From the NCBI GenBank assembly GCA_964537725.1, contig CAZICD010000001.1, forward strand, positions 63,878 to 127,877: a stretch of DNA of 64,000 nucleotides, read 5' to 3'. Position 1 is the stretch's first letter; each line of letters starts with the position of its first letter. This stretch comes from an uncultured Spirochaetaceae bacterium (GTDB lineage: Bacteria > Spirochaetota > Spirochaetia > DSM-27196 > SLST01). The notes below the pieces were generated by a model. It had not been told where the DNA came from and did no database searches. It saw only the letters and a program-made list of their open reading frames with translations. Made by a program: the position numbers and the translations under genes. This document shows, one piece after another, positions 9,032 through 17,660 of this stretch.

Positions 9032-11212
9032 CTACTCGAGCTCGTCGTAGCCGGTTCGCAGGTCTTCGAGGTACTGGCTGAGCTCGCGCGATTTGCCCTT
9101 GAGCATCGCCACGGACGCCGCTTCCTCGTCGCTGGACATGCTCTTCATCCGGGCCACGTCGATCTCGAGCTGCTTGAGCTGGTTGAGGCTCGAGGCGAGC
9201 CGCAGGCGCAGGATCTCCTGCTCGTTCTTCAGCTCGCCGTACGAGCTCTGCTGCTTCTGGATCTGCATGATCGACCTGTCGTACTCGGCGACGACCTTCT
9301 CGCTCTGCGCCTCCTGACGGCGCTTCTGGAGCGCCATCAGGTCCCGCTCGAGCTCGGTGACCGGAATCCCCTGCATGATCTCGTCGAGCTCCCGATTCTT
9401 CTGGTCGAGCAGCCTGATCTGCTCCACGTAGTTGTCGAGCACCGGCTCGAAGTCCTCGCCCAGCGGTGACCCGGAAGGCATCGCCTCGATCGACGCGATG
9501 AGGCGCTGGCGGATCTGCTCGGCCTCGTCGCCCGGTCCGCCGGCGGTCGTGCTCCGCTCGCCGGAGCGGCTGCGGTCGACGCTTCCCCGACCACCGAGGA
9601 TCCCGCCGATGCGCGCGCCCAGATCGCGCAGCCGCTTCAGCAGTCGCCGTTCGCGCGACTTGTACGCCGGCAGGTGCGAAAACAACCCGATCGCCATGAA
9701 TCCCACCGGAATAAACGACCACATGAAGCCCGGCGAGGTGATCAGGTTGAGCATGACGAGGAAGGCCCCGGTCGCGACGTTGGACACGAGGTGCCCGTGC
9801 CACGAGCTCCGGTTCTTCACGAGCTTGCGGTAGAGACGCAGCTGCTCGCGCGTGAGTCCTTCCGACCGGTCGAGCTCGCGGCTCTCGCGCACGCGCTCGC
9901 GAACGCCCGCGTAGTGGCTCGCGATCCCGATTCCCCAGGCAAAGAGCGGGATCAGGAACCACGGAAACCCGGTGACGCCGGTGAGGAGCCAGATCACGAA
10001 CAGACCGCCGTTGACCCCGGCGTAGCTGACGAAGTGGCCACGGAAGCCCGTCTTCTCCTTCTCGGCGACGTTGGCCGCGTGGTCCTTGTAGTCCTCCACG
10101 AGCGGGTCGTATCCGGCCGACGGAGCGGGCTCCTGCAGCGCACGGTCCCAGCCGCTCTCGCGTCGACGATGCTCCTTGTCGTCGCCGCGCCACTCGTGCT
10201 TGTCCCATTTGTCGGACCAGTCGTCAGAATCCGCGTGCCGGCGGTGCCGGTCGCGATCGGTCGCTTCGTGGTCGCGATGCCCGACCCGGTTGCCGTCGTC
10301 GTCGAAGAACGTCCGCCCGCCGGGCGTCGAGACTTCGACGCCGCGATTCACCGGACCGTAGTCGGTGTGTCCGCCGTCCCGCCTCACGCGGGTGAGGAAC
10401 CCCTTCTCGGCGAGCGACTCGAGCGCCCGGTCGACGCCGGCGCTGCGCCTGGGGATTCGTCGACGGATCTCGTCGATCGAGACTCGGCGGCCCGCCTTCT
10501 TGATCTCCTGCAGGACCAGCGCCTTGAGCTCGTTGAAGTCCTCGTACTGACCGCCGCGCAGGTTCTCCGAGAGCACGCTCCCCGGCGTTCGCTGCCCGCC
10601 GCGCGCACCGTCGGCCTGCTCCGGCTCGGCGCGCTCGAAGAGCGCATCGCGGCTCTCCTCCAGCTCGTCGCCGGGTGCGTCCACCTCGGCGGCGTCCGAC
10701 ACGGCGATCTCGTACGCGTCGAGCTCCCGGGAGACGTTGCGGAGCTTCACGGTGCCAAGATGCGACATGGACAGGTCGACCTTGTTCGCGACGAGATGGT
10801 AGACGTCCTGGGAGATGCAGATCCTGCCCGGACGGGCGATGCTCTGCAGGCGCGTCACGACGGTCACGCCGTCTCCCACCGCGTCGTCCTCGAGGAAGTA
10901 GATATCGCCCAGGTGCACGCCGATGCGCAGGCGCAGCGGCAGCTTCGGGTCGGCCTCGTTGTGCACGCCGACCGCCTCCTGGACCTCCGCCGCGCACTTC
11001 ACCGCGTTGACGGTGTTCGGGAACTCGCAGAGGAAGGCGTCACCGACGGTCTTGATCACCCTGCCGCCGTGCGCGTCCACGGTGCTGCGCACCAGCTTGT
11101 TATGCGTGGCGAGCAGCTCGAGCGTCCCCGCCTCGTCGCGTTCCATCATTCGCGAGAAACCAACGATATCTGTGAACATGATCGCCGCGAGGCGATACTC
11201 CTGCTGCGCCAT
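9032..11212 (-). CDS. Class III nucleotidyl cyclase - winged-helix - 2x 2TM domain - coiled-coil protein
   Basis: ATG at 11212 (MAQQEYRLAAIMFTDIVGFSRMME...TVGDAFLCEF). A wHTH-like segment is followed by a His/Asp/Arg-rich linker. Two 2TM-type units follow (HFVSYAGVNGG...PWFLIP..WGIGIASH; HLVSNVATG...), then a long C-terminal heptad region. Confidence 0.8.
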   Translation of the reverse strand: MAQQEYRLAAIMFTDIVGFSRMMERDEAGTLELLATHNKLVRSTVDAHGGRVIKTVGDAFLCEFPNTVNAVKCAAEVQEAVGVHNEADPKLPLRLRIGVHLGDIYFLEDDAVGDGVTVVTRLQSIARPGRICISQDVYHLVANKVDLSMSHLGTVKLRNVSRELDAYEIAVSDAAEVDAPGDELEESRDALFERAEPEQADGARGGQRTPGSVLSENLRGGQYEDFNELKALVLQEIKKAGRRVSIDEIRRRIPRRSAGVDRALESLAEKGFLTRVRRDGGHTDYGPVNRGVEVSTPGGRTFFDDDGNRVGHRDHEATDRDRHRRHADSDDWSDKWDKHEWRGDDKEHRRRESGWDRALQEPAPSAGYDPLVEDYKDHAANVAEKEKTGFRGHFVSYAGVNGGLFVIWLLTGVTGFPWFLIPLFAWGIGIASHYAGVRERVRESRELDRSEGLTREQLRLYRKLVKNRSSWHGHLVSNVATGAFLVMLNLITSPGFMWSFIPVGFMAIGLFSHLPAYKSRERRLLKRLRDLGARIGGILGGRGSVDRSRSGERSTTAGGPGDEAEQIRQRLIASIEAMPSGSPLGEDFEPVLDNYVEQIRLLDQKNRELDEIMQGIPVTELERDLMALQKRRQEAQSEKVVAEYDRSIMQIQKQQSSYGELKNEQEILRLRLASSLNQLKQLEIDVARMKSMSSDEEAASVAMLKGKSRELSQYLEDLRTGYDELE

Positions 11213-11390
11213 CTCGTCACCACAATAGGGTGCCCGGGTGGCGTCGTCAAGGCAGAGCGTTTGGCCGGTAGTCACGCCTCTTGATACCCGCCGGGTGGAG
11301 TATATGTCACTTTTTTCACAACCAAGCGGCGTTGCGGACGTATAGTTAGGAAGAGCCCGGCCGACGCCGGCCCTCGAGGAGGATTCGCCA

Positions 11391-13211
11391 ATGATCGACC
11401 GACCGAACGCACGCATGGCTCCCCGGGTCAGAACCGCATTCCACGCCGGTTTCGCGCTCGCGCTCCTCGCGACGCTCGGCGCGTGCGCGACCGCCCCACA
11501 GCAACCGGACCTGAGTACCCGCGGCGACTACGGGCCGCTCATCGACTACGCGAGCGAAGCGATCCCGCGCGCGATGGAGGACCACGACGTGACCGGCCTC
11601 TCGGTCGCGCTCGTCGACGGGGACGAGGTGGTCTGGATGCGAGGCTTCGGAGAGGCGGATGCGGAAGCCGGCGTACCGGCCGGCGTACCGGCCGACGAGC
11701 AAACCGTCTATCGAATCGGTTCGATCACCAAGCTCTTCACCGCGACGGCGATGATGCAACTGGCCGAGCAGGGGCTGGTCGACATCGACGCGCCTGTCAC
11801 CGACTACATCCCCGAGTTCCGCGTGCGGTCGCGGTTCGCCGACGCCGGTCCCATCCGGGTGCGACACCTGATGACGCATCACTCGGGACTCCCCGGCGAT
11901 AAGGTCAAGGCGATGTTCGGCGATCCACCGGATCACTACCGCGAGTTCGTCCCCTACCTCGCGACGCAACACGTCTCGACCCCGCCGGACTTCGTCTTCG
12001 CGTACTCGAACCTCGCGGTCGGGCTCGCCGGCGTCGTCATCGAGCGGGCGAGCGGGCTCTCCTACGAGGAGTACGTCACCCGGAACATCCTCGACCCGCT
12101 GGGCATGCGCGGCACATCGGTCTCGCTCGACGAGCGGACGGCGTCAGCCTACGCGAAGGCGTACTCCTCCGGCAACGAGCAGACGGAGCTCGACCTGGGT
12201 AATGCGCCGGCCGGCGGAATCTACTCGAACGTCGAGGACATGACGCGGTTCGTCCGCTTCGCGACCTGCGGTGGCGAGGTCGCCGGTACGCGCGTGCTTA
12301 AGGCGCAGACGCTCGCGCAGATGATGAGCCCGCAAAACGAGACGGTAACGCGTGACCTGGGTCGGCCGATGGGCCTGGGCTGGGCGATCGCACGCGCAGG
12401 ACTCGATCACGTGGAGCCGGTAGCGTGGCACAACGGCTCCACGATGTACCACCAGAGCACGATGGTGGTCCTGCCGGAGCACGGACTGGGCGTCGTGCTT
12501 CTGTCGAACTCGGACACCGGCTCCCGTGTCATCGAGCCGATGGCCGATGCCATCCTCACGATGGCGCTCGAAGTTCGCGAGGGCATCGCACCGCCGGAAG
12601 ACGAGCAGACGTGCGCCGGAGCGACACTCTCGCCGGAGCTCGCCGCCACGATCGCCGGCAGATACGCGACGCCGCTCGGCGTGATCGACGTGCAGCAGCG
12701 GGGCAGACGGCTCGTAACGCGGCTGCCAGGAACGCCGAGACTGCACCTCGTTCCGTGCGACGACGGGTGGCTCGCGCCGCAGTTCCGGCTGCTCGGCCTG
12801 CTTCCCCTCCCGGTCGCCGACCTCGCGGGCGTGCGCTTCGCCGGCGTCGAGATCGACGGGACGCGCTACCTCGCGGTGAAGAGCGGACGCTACGGCCAGC
12901 TGATCGGCGAGGAGCTCGAGGTCGTCCCCATCCCGGCCACGTGGCGCGCGGCCGAGGGCACCTACCGCGTCGTCAACCCCGACCCCGGATGGGGCTTCCG
13001 GCGCGTCGATGCGGAAATCGTGGACGGGGTGGCGATCGCGCGGGTGAGCCTGTTCAACGGCGATGAGCTCCAGCTCGTTCTCGAGCCGCTCAACGAACGC
13101 GAGGCGGTCGTCCAGGGCATTGGCCGGAACACCGGCGACACTCTGACGCTGCGCTTCGAGGGAGACCGGCCGGTGATCGAGGCGACCGGCTACGTGTTCG
13201 AGCGAGAGTAG
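11391..13211 (+). CDS. Serine hydrolase (beta-lactamase/PBP4-like) lipoprotein with extra C-terminal domain
   Basis: S-x-x-K motif (GSITKLF), YSN motif and a lipobox (LATLGACA). GAGGAGG Shine-Dalgarno. Confidence 0.8.
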   Translation: MIDRPNARMAPRVRTAFHAGFALALLATLGACATAPQQPDLSTRGDYGPLIDYASEAIPRAMEDHDVTGLSVALVDGDEVVWMRGFGEADAEAGVPAGVPADEQTVYRIGSITKLFTATAMMQLAEQGLVDIDAPVTDYIPEFRVRSRFADAGPIRVRHLMTHHSGLPGDKVKAMFGDPPDHYREFVPYLATQHVSTPPDFVFAYSNLAVGLAGVVIERASGLSYEEYVTRNILDPLGMRGTSVSLDERTASAYAKAYSSGNEQTELDLGNAPAGGIYSNVEDMTRFVRFATCGGEVAGTRVLKAQTLAQMMSPQNETVTRDLGRPMGLGWAIARAGLDHVEPVAWHNGSTMYHQSTMVVLPEHGLGVVLLSNSDTGSRVIEPMADAILTMALEVREGIAPPEDEQTCAGATLSPELAATIAGRYATPLGVIDVQQRGRRLVTRLPGTPRLHLVPCDDGWLAPQFRLLGLLPLPVADLAGVRFAGVEIDGTRYLAVKSGRYGQLIGEELEVVPIPATWRAAEGTYRVVNPDPGWGFRRVDAEIVDGVAIARVSLFNGDELQLVLEPLNEREAVVQGIGRNTGDTLTLRFEGDRPVIEATGYVFERE

Positions 13212-14326
13212 CCGTCGGGAGCTGCGCTCTCCTCGCCGTCGGCGATCGTCGGGATCGCGTCCAGGCGAAACCGGAGCCGATAGACGGTTCCGGGACCAGG
13301 CGATCGCTCGAGCGCGCCGCCGATCTGGTCGGCCAGCAGCTCGACGAGTCCAAGGCCCAACCGCTGACCTTCGGCGTCTCCCAGGGCACCCGCGGCGCCC
13401 ACGCCGTCGTCGGCGATGCGGAGGTCGCACACCCCGTCGCCGGAGCTCAGGGTCACCTCGATCGATCCCTCCCGTCCGTTCGGAAAGGCGTGCTTCACCG
13501 CGTTGGTAACGAGCTCGTTGACGATGAGCCCGATACAGACCGCGGTGTCCACCGGCACGGCGCACGAGTCGAAGGAGGTGCGAGGTTCCTGTACCCGCGA
13601 CGGCCAGCCGATGGACGCGTTCAGCGTGTCGAGCAGACGCGTCAGGTAGAGCCCCAGATCGACCTCCCCGTACGCTCCGCCGCCGGAGAGCTGCTCGTAG
13701 ACGAGACCGATCGAGTCGACCCGCGTTCGTATGTCGCGCAGCGAGGCCTCCGCAGCCTCATCGCTGACCTCGCTCTGGGCGAGCGAGACGAGGCTCGAGA
13801 TGAGCGAGAGCGAGTTCTTCACGCGGTGCTGGAGCTCGCGATAGAGGATGTCCCGGCTGTCGAGCGCCCCGCGCAACTCCTCCTCGGCTCGACGCCGCGC
13901 CCCGATCTCCTCGCGCAGATAGTCGATCGTCTCCTGGAGCAGCGTCGCGTTCTCGATCCAGAGCACCGTCCCACCGGAGACGTCGCAGCGGCGGCAGGTG
14001 ACCCGGTAGTGCGGCAGCGAGAAGCTCCCGGAACGCATACGCAGCAACCCGCGATTCACGGTGCCGTGGAACACGACCGGTGTGCCCTGGTCGGCAAGCG
14101 TGTCGAGTCTCATGCGGTACCGCGGTCGCTCGAACTCCGGAAACACGCGAACGATGGGCAGGTCGGCGACGTCGTTCGCCTGAAGCCCCGTCCACGTGAC
14201 CATCTGCGCGTTCCAGGTCCGAATCCGGCCCGACTCGTCGAGCACGACGATTCCGTACGGCGCCTGGTCGAGCAGCCCGTCGGGCCGGATCTTCTGCGGA
14301 TGTGGCGGATGGCGTGGCTCAGACAT
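13190..14326 (-). CDS. PAS-domain sensor histidine kinase (HisKA_2/HWE-type)
   Basis: The H-box YRELQHRVKNSLSLISSL is typical of HisKA_2. It has an N-terminal PAS and a C-terminal ATPase (NELVTNAVKHAF...DDGVG). The start overlaps the upstream gene by 8 nt. Confidence 0.8.
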   Translation of the reverse strand: MSEPRHPPHPQKIRPDGLLDQAPYGIVVLDESGRIRTWNAQMVTWTGLQANDVADLPIVRVFPEFERPRYRMRLDTLADQGTPVVFHGTVNRGLLRMRSGSFSLPHYRVTCRRCDVSGGTVLWIENATLLQETIDYLREEIGARRRAEEELRGALDSRDILYRELQHRVKNSLSLISSLVSLAQSEVSDEAAEASLRDIRTRVDSIGLVYEQLSGGGAYGEVDLGLYLTRLLDTLNASIGWPSRVQEPRTSFDSCAVPVDTAVCIGLIVNELVTNAVKHAFPNGREGSIEVTLSSGDGVCDLRIADDGVGAAGALGDAEGQRLGLGLVELLADQIGGALERSPGPGTVYRLRFRLDAIPTIADGEESAAPDGYSRSNT

Positions 14327-14888
14327 GATCGGTCCAGGAGGGGTCGTTGAGGATCAGCCCGATGCCGAGAGGCGCCGGCTCCTCGCGGTTGACGGTAGCC
14401 TCGCCCGAGAGCGAGACCGTCGCGGTCGCCGACTCGAGCATCCCGATCAGCTCCGGCCGGGACACGAGCCCGGGTAACTCGAACAGGTAGGTCTCGTCGA
14501 GCGCCCGTCCCGCTTCGGCCACGACGGAGTTGAGAACGACGTTGCCCAGCTCCACGACGGTCGTGGGGTAGAACGCGAGCGCGTCGTCGGTGCTCACCGT
14601 CTCATCGCCGAGGAGGGCGGTGACGAGCGGCTGCACCGCTGCTCGTGAGATGACGAGCAGCGCGGCCCCGCTGGACCCTCCCGCGAAGGTCATCGCTACG
14701 GCCCACGAACGGTCGTCGGCGGCGAACGCACCGATGCCCTCGTCGTCGATCACCGGCTCGCCGAAGGTGACCGGCACCTCGAACATCTCCGCGAGGATCG
14801 CCTGCGACTGCCGCCAGCCCTCCCGGAGCGCGGTGACGAGCGCAGCCCGCGAACGTCCCCGCCTTCTCGTCGTGTCCGCCGCGTTCAT
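14319..14888 (-). CDS. CheC/CheX-family (CheY-P phosphatase-like) protein
   Basis: 189 aa. One copy of the family motif [D/S]x3-E-x2-N-x22-P is present as T-x3-ELGN-x22-P. ATGA overlap with the receiver gene. Confidence 0.55.
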   Translation of the reverse strand: MNAADTTRRRGRSRAALVTALREGWRQSQAILAEMFEVPVTFGEPVIDDEGIGAFAADDRSWAVAMTFAGGSSGAALLVISRAAVQPLVTALLGDETVSTDDALAFYPTTVVELGNVVLNSVVAEAGRALDETYLFELPGLVSRPELIGMLESATATVSLSGEATVNREEPAPLGIGLILNDPSWTDHV

Positions 14889-15250
14889 GAGGACACCACC
14901 GGCGTCGAAGCGAGAATGCCGGAGATCATCGCCTGATTCACCGGCTTGTTGAGATAGGCCGCGACCCCCATACGCGCGCAGACGGCGCGGGTCTCCGCCT
15001 GGGCGTCCGCGGTCAGTACGACGATCGGGACATCGAGTCCGCGGTCGCGGATCTCGCGCAGAACGTCGACCCCGCGCATTCCCGGCATGAGGAGGTCGAG
15101 GAACACGATGTCGATAGAGTTCTGCTCGAGGATCTCGAGCGCGCGTGCGCCGTCCTCGGCTTCGATGACGCGCCATCCCGCGGCGCTGATCATACGCCCG
15201 ACGATCAGCCTGCCAACCCGCGAGTCGTCCACTACGAGAGCTCGCCTCAT
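14885..15250 (-). CDS. Single-domain response regulator (CheY-like receiver)
   Basis: 121 aa. It has VVDDS, an acceptor Asp in IVFLDLLMPG, a T in VVLTAD and a K in YLNKP. Confidence 0.85.
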   Translation of the reverse strand: MRRALVVDDSRVGRLIVGRMISAAGWRVIEAEDGARALEILEQNSIDIVFLDLLMPGMRGVDVLREIRDRGLDVPIVVLTADAQAETRAVCARMGVAAYLNKPVNQAMISGILASTPVVSS

Positions 15251-15377
15251 TGCACCCCCTTCCCGGTGTCTCAAGGGTGCACGCGATGCAGGGTTACGGC
15301 TGTCAGAGAAGCTCGACACCTCGTGTAGGTCTTCTGCCTACAGCGCGGCCCGCCTGTCACGTCGTGCCGGTGGGCGG

Positions 15378-15383
15378 TATACT
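15378..15383 (+). promoter_or_regulatory. -10-like hexamer TATACT, 7 nt upstream of the radA ATG
   Basis: The sequence reads TATACT cgccccc ATG(15391) with no Shine-Dalgarno in between. Confidence 0.35.
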
Positions 15384-15390
15384 CGCCCCC

Positions 15391-16797
15391 ATGGCGAAGA
15401 AACCCCGGACCCGCTTCGAGTGCAGCAGCTGCGGTCACGAGGAGGCGAAGTGGCTCGGCCGGTGCCCGGCGTGCGGCGAATGGAACACGATGGTCGAGCA
15501 CGAGGTGCACCCGGCGGCGGGCGGCGGGGGCGCGCGTGGCGCGTCGCCGCGGAGTCGGGGCGAGAGCCGGTCGCGAGCGCGTCCCGAACCGATCGGCTCG
15601 ATCGAGGCGAGCGACCAGGTGCGCGCGTCCACGGGCATGAGCGAGCTCGACCGTGTGCTCGGCGGGGGGATCGTCGCGGGGGCGAGCGTACTGGTTGGCG
15701 GTGAACCCGGGATCGGGAAGTCGACGCTCATGCTGCAGATGGCCGCGCAGATGCGCTCGCGGTCGGTTCTGTACGTCACCGGCGAGGAGTCGGCGCAGCA
15801 GATTCGCCTCCGTGCCGATCGGCTGGGAGTCTCGAACCCGGGGCTCGAGATCCTCGCGGAAAACGAGCTCGAGCGGATCGCATCGGTGCTCGCGCCGCGA
15901 ACCGCCGGAGGCGAGGCGCCCTACTCGCTCGTGATCGTCGACTCGATCCAGACCGTCTACTCGGCGGAGGCCGGGTCGGTGCCGGGGACCCCGAATCAGG
16001 TCAAATACACCACATTCGAGATCGCCGAGAGCGCGAGGGAGCACGGGATCGCGGTCTTCTTCGTCGCGCACGTGACGAAGGAGGGCAGCATCGCCGGGCC
16101 CAAGACGATCGAGCACATGGTCGACACGGTGCTCTACTTCGAACAGAGCGACGACGAGACGCGCTACCTGCGCGCGAGCAAGAACCGGTTCGGATCGACC
16201 GACGAGGTCGGGCTGTTCACGATGCAGCAGACCGGACTGATCGAGATCACCGATCCGAACAGCGTCTTCCTCGTCCGCCGCTCCGGTACGCTGCCGGCGG
16301 GGGTGGTCGTCGCTCCGGTCATCGAGGGCTCGCGCGTCCTGCTCGTCGAGGTCCAGGCGCTCACCGTCCCGGCGAAGGGAGGGATCAGCCGCGTGTTCAG
16401 CGACCGGGTAGACTCCGGACGCGTGAGCCGGATGGCCGCCGTGCTGGAGAAACACATCGGCTTGTCGTTCAGCGACCACGACATCTACGTCAACGTCGCG
16501 GGCGGCATCCGCATCCGCGACGTGGGGGTCGAGCTGCCGCTCGCGATCGCGCTCTACTCCGCGCGGACCGACCGGGTCTTCCCGTCGCGCACGACGATCG
16601 CCGGAGAGCTCAGCCTCGCCGGCGAGATCCGCCCCGTGCCGCAGATGGCGCGCCGCGCGCGGACCGCCGGAGACGTGGGTTTCGACCGCTGCTTCGGGCC
16701 TGCGAGCGTCCGACAGGGCGAGACCGGGACGCGGGTGACGTGGACCGGAGTCGGGTCGCTCGAGGACGCGGTGAAGCGGCTCTTCGGCGGCTCGTGA
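15391..16797 (+). CDS. radA: DNA repair protein RadA
   Basis: N-terminal zinc finger (CSSCGHEEAKWLGRCPACGEWNT), Walker A (GGEPGIGKST), KNRFG motif and a Lon-like C-terminus. Confidence 0.95.
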   Translation: MAKKPRTRFECSSCGHEEAKWLGRCPACGEWNTMVEHEVHPAAGGGGARGASPRSRGESRSRARPEPIGSIEASDQVRASTGMSELDRVLGGGIVAGASVLVGGEPGIGKSTLMLQMAAQMRSRSVLYVTGEESAQQIRLRADRLGVSNPGLEILAENELERIASVLAPRTAGGEAPYSLVIVDSIQTVYSAEAGSVPGTPNQVKYTTFEIAESAREHGIAVFFVAHVTKEGSIAGPKTIEHMVDTVLYFEQSDDETRYLRASKNRFGSTDEVGLFTMQQTGLIEITDPNSVFLVRRSGTLPAGVVVAPVIEGSRVLLVEVQALTVPAKGGISRVFSDRVDSGRVSRMAAVLEKHIGLSFSDHDIYVNVAGGIRIRDVGVELPLAIALYSARTDRVFPSRTTIAGELSLAGEIRPVPQMARRARTAGDVGFDRCFGPASVRQGETGTRVTWTGVGSLEDAVKRLFGGS

Positions 16798-16912
16798 CGG
16801 CGGCGCGCAGGCCGGGCGCAGGCGCCCCCGCGCCGCCGCCGACCGCCGAAGCATTTGACCCGTCGCGCCGAGTCGAGTAGCCTTTGCTCAGCAATACTTG
16901 AGTGAGGTGGTT

Positions 16913-17614
16913 ATGAATTTTCCCGGAACACGATCCCGACGGGTACTCATTCTGGCGCTGGCAATGCTCGTCGCCGTGGGCACCGCGGGCGCCTTCGCGC
17001 AGTCTGAAGACGATGCCAACGACGCCGCGAGCGCCACGACGATGGGCGCAGGCGACATCGACGTTGCAGCGTCGGGCGGACTGGGCGGGCTCATCTACCC
17101 GTTCATCGAGCCGCAGCTAGCGGTGGGGCTCGTGCCGCTCGGGCCTGTGACCCTCAGCGTGGGAGCCGTGGGCGACGCCGGATACTGCCTCTTCTGCGGT
17201 CTGCTGCGCGTACTCACGAACGACTGGGCGCTTCGCGCGTACTACTTCGGCGTCTACGGCCGGGTCCTCGCGCACATCTCCGCGCTCACCGACGTGCTCG
17301 GAGACGCGGTCCCGATCGACCCGTACGCCGGTCTCGCGGTGGGTCCGCGCTGGTACGTCGTCGGCGTCGAGTATGTGCCCACCGGTGACAGCTCGACCGC
17401 TACGCTGAACTCGATCATCATCGCCCCGCAGGTGGGTACGAGGCTCTTCTTCGACGAGGACGCCGGCTGGTTCGGCTTCGCCGAGGCGCGCTACCTCTTC
17501 GAGGTCGGCTTCCAGACGCAGACGGTCCAGGCGGGGACCCAGACGTACACCGTGACCGACGACTACTCCGGCCGCGGCGGAAGCGTCTCGCTGGGCGTAG
17601 GGCTGCGGTTGTAG
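16913..17614 (+). CDS. Secreted hypothetical protein, possible outer-membrane beta-barrel
   Basis: Signal peptide (LALAMLVAVGTAGAFAQ) and alternating Gly/aromatic-rich strands. No family recognised. Confidence 0.5.
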   Translation: MNFPGTRSRRVLILALAMLVAVGTAGAFAQSEDDANDAASATTMGAGDIDVAASGGLGGLIYPFIEPQLAVGLVPLGPVTLSVGAVGDAGYCLFCGLLRVLTNDWALRAYYFGVYGRVLAHISALTDVLGDAVPIDPYAGLAVGPRWYVVGVEYVPTGDSSTATLNSIIIAPQVGTRLFFDEDAGWFGFAEARYLFEVGFQTQTVQAGTQTYTVTDDYSGRGGSVSLGVGLRL

Positions 17615-17660
17615 CGGCCGGCTGGCCCGGGCGGCGGGGCGCGGTGGGTGGCCAGGCCGT

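Noticed and set aside
11239-11254. TGGCGTCGTCAAGGCA with correct GG-N10-GC spacing upstream of the serine hydrolase gene
   Set aside because: It lacks the TTGC core (it reads AGGC) and has no supporting context. It is likely a chance match in GC-rich DNA.
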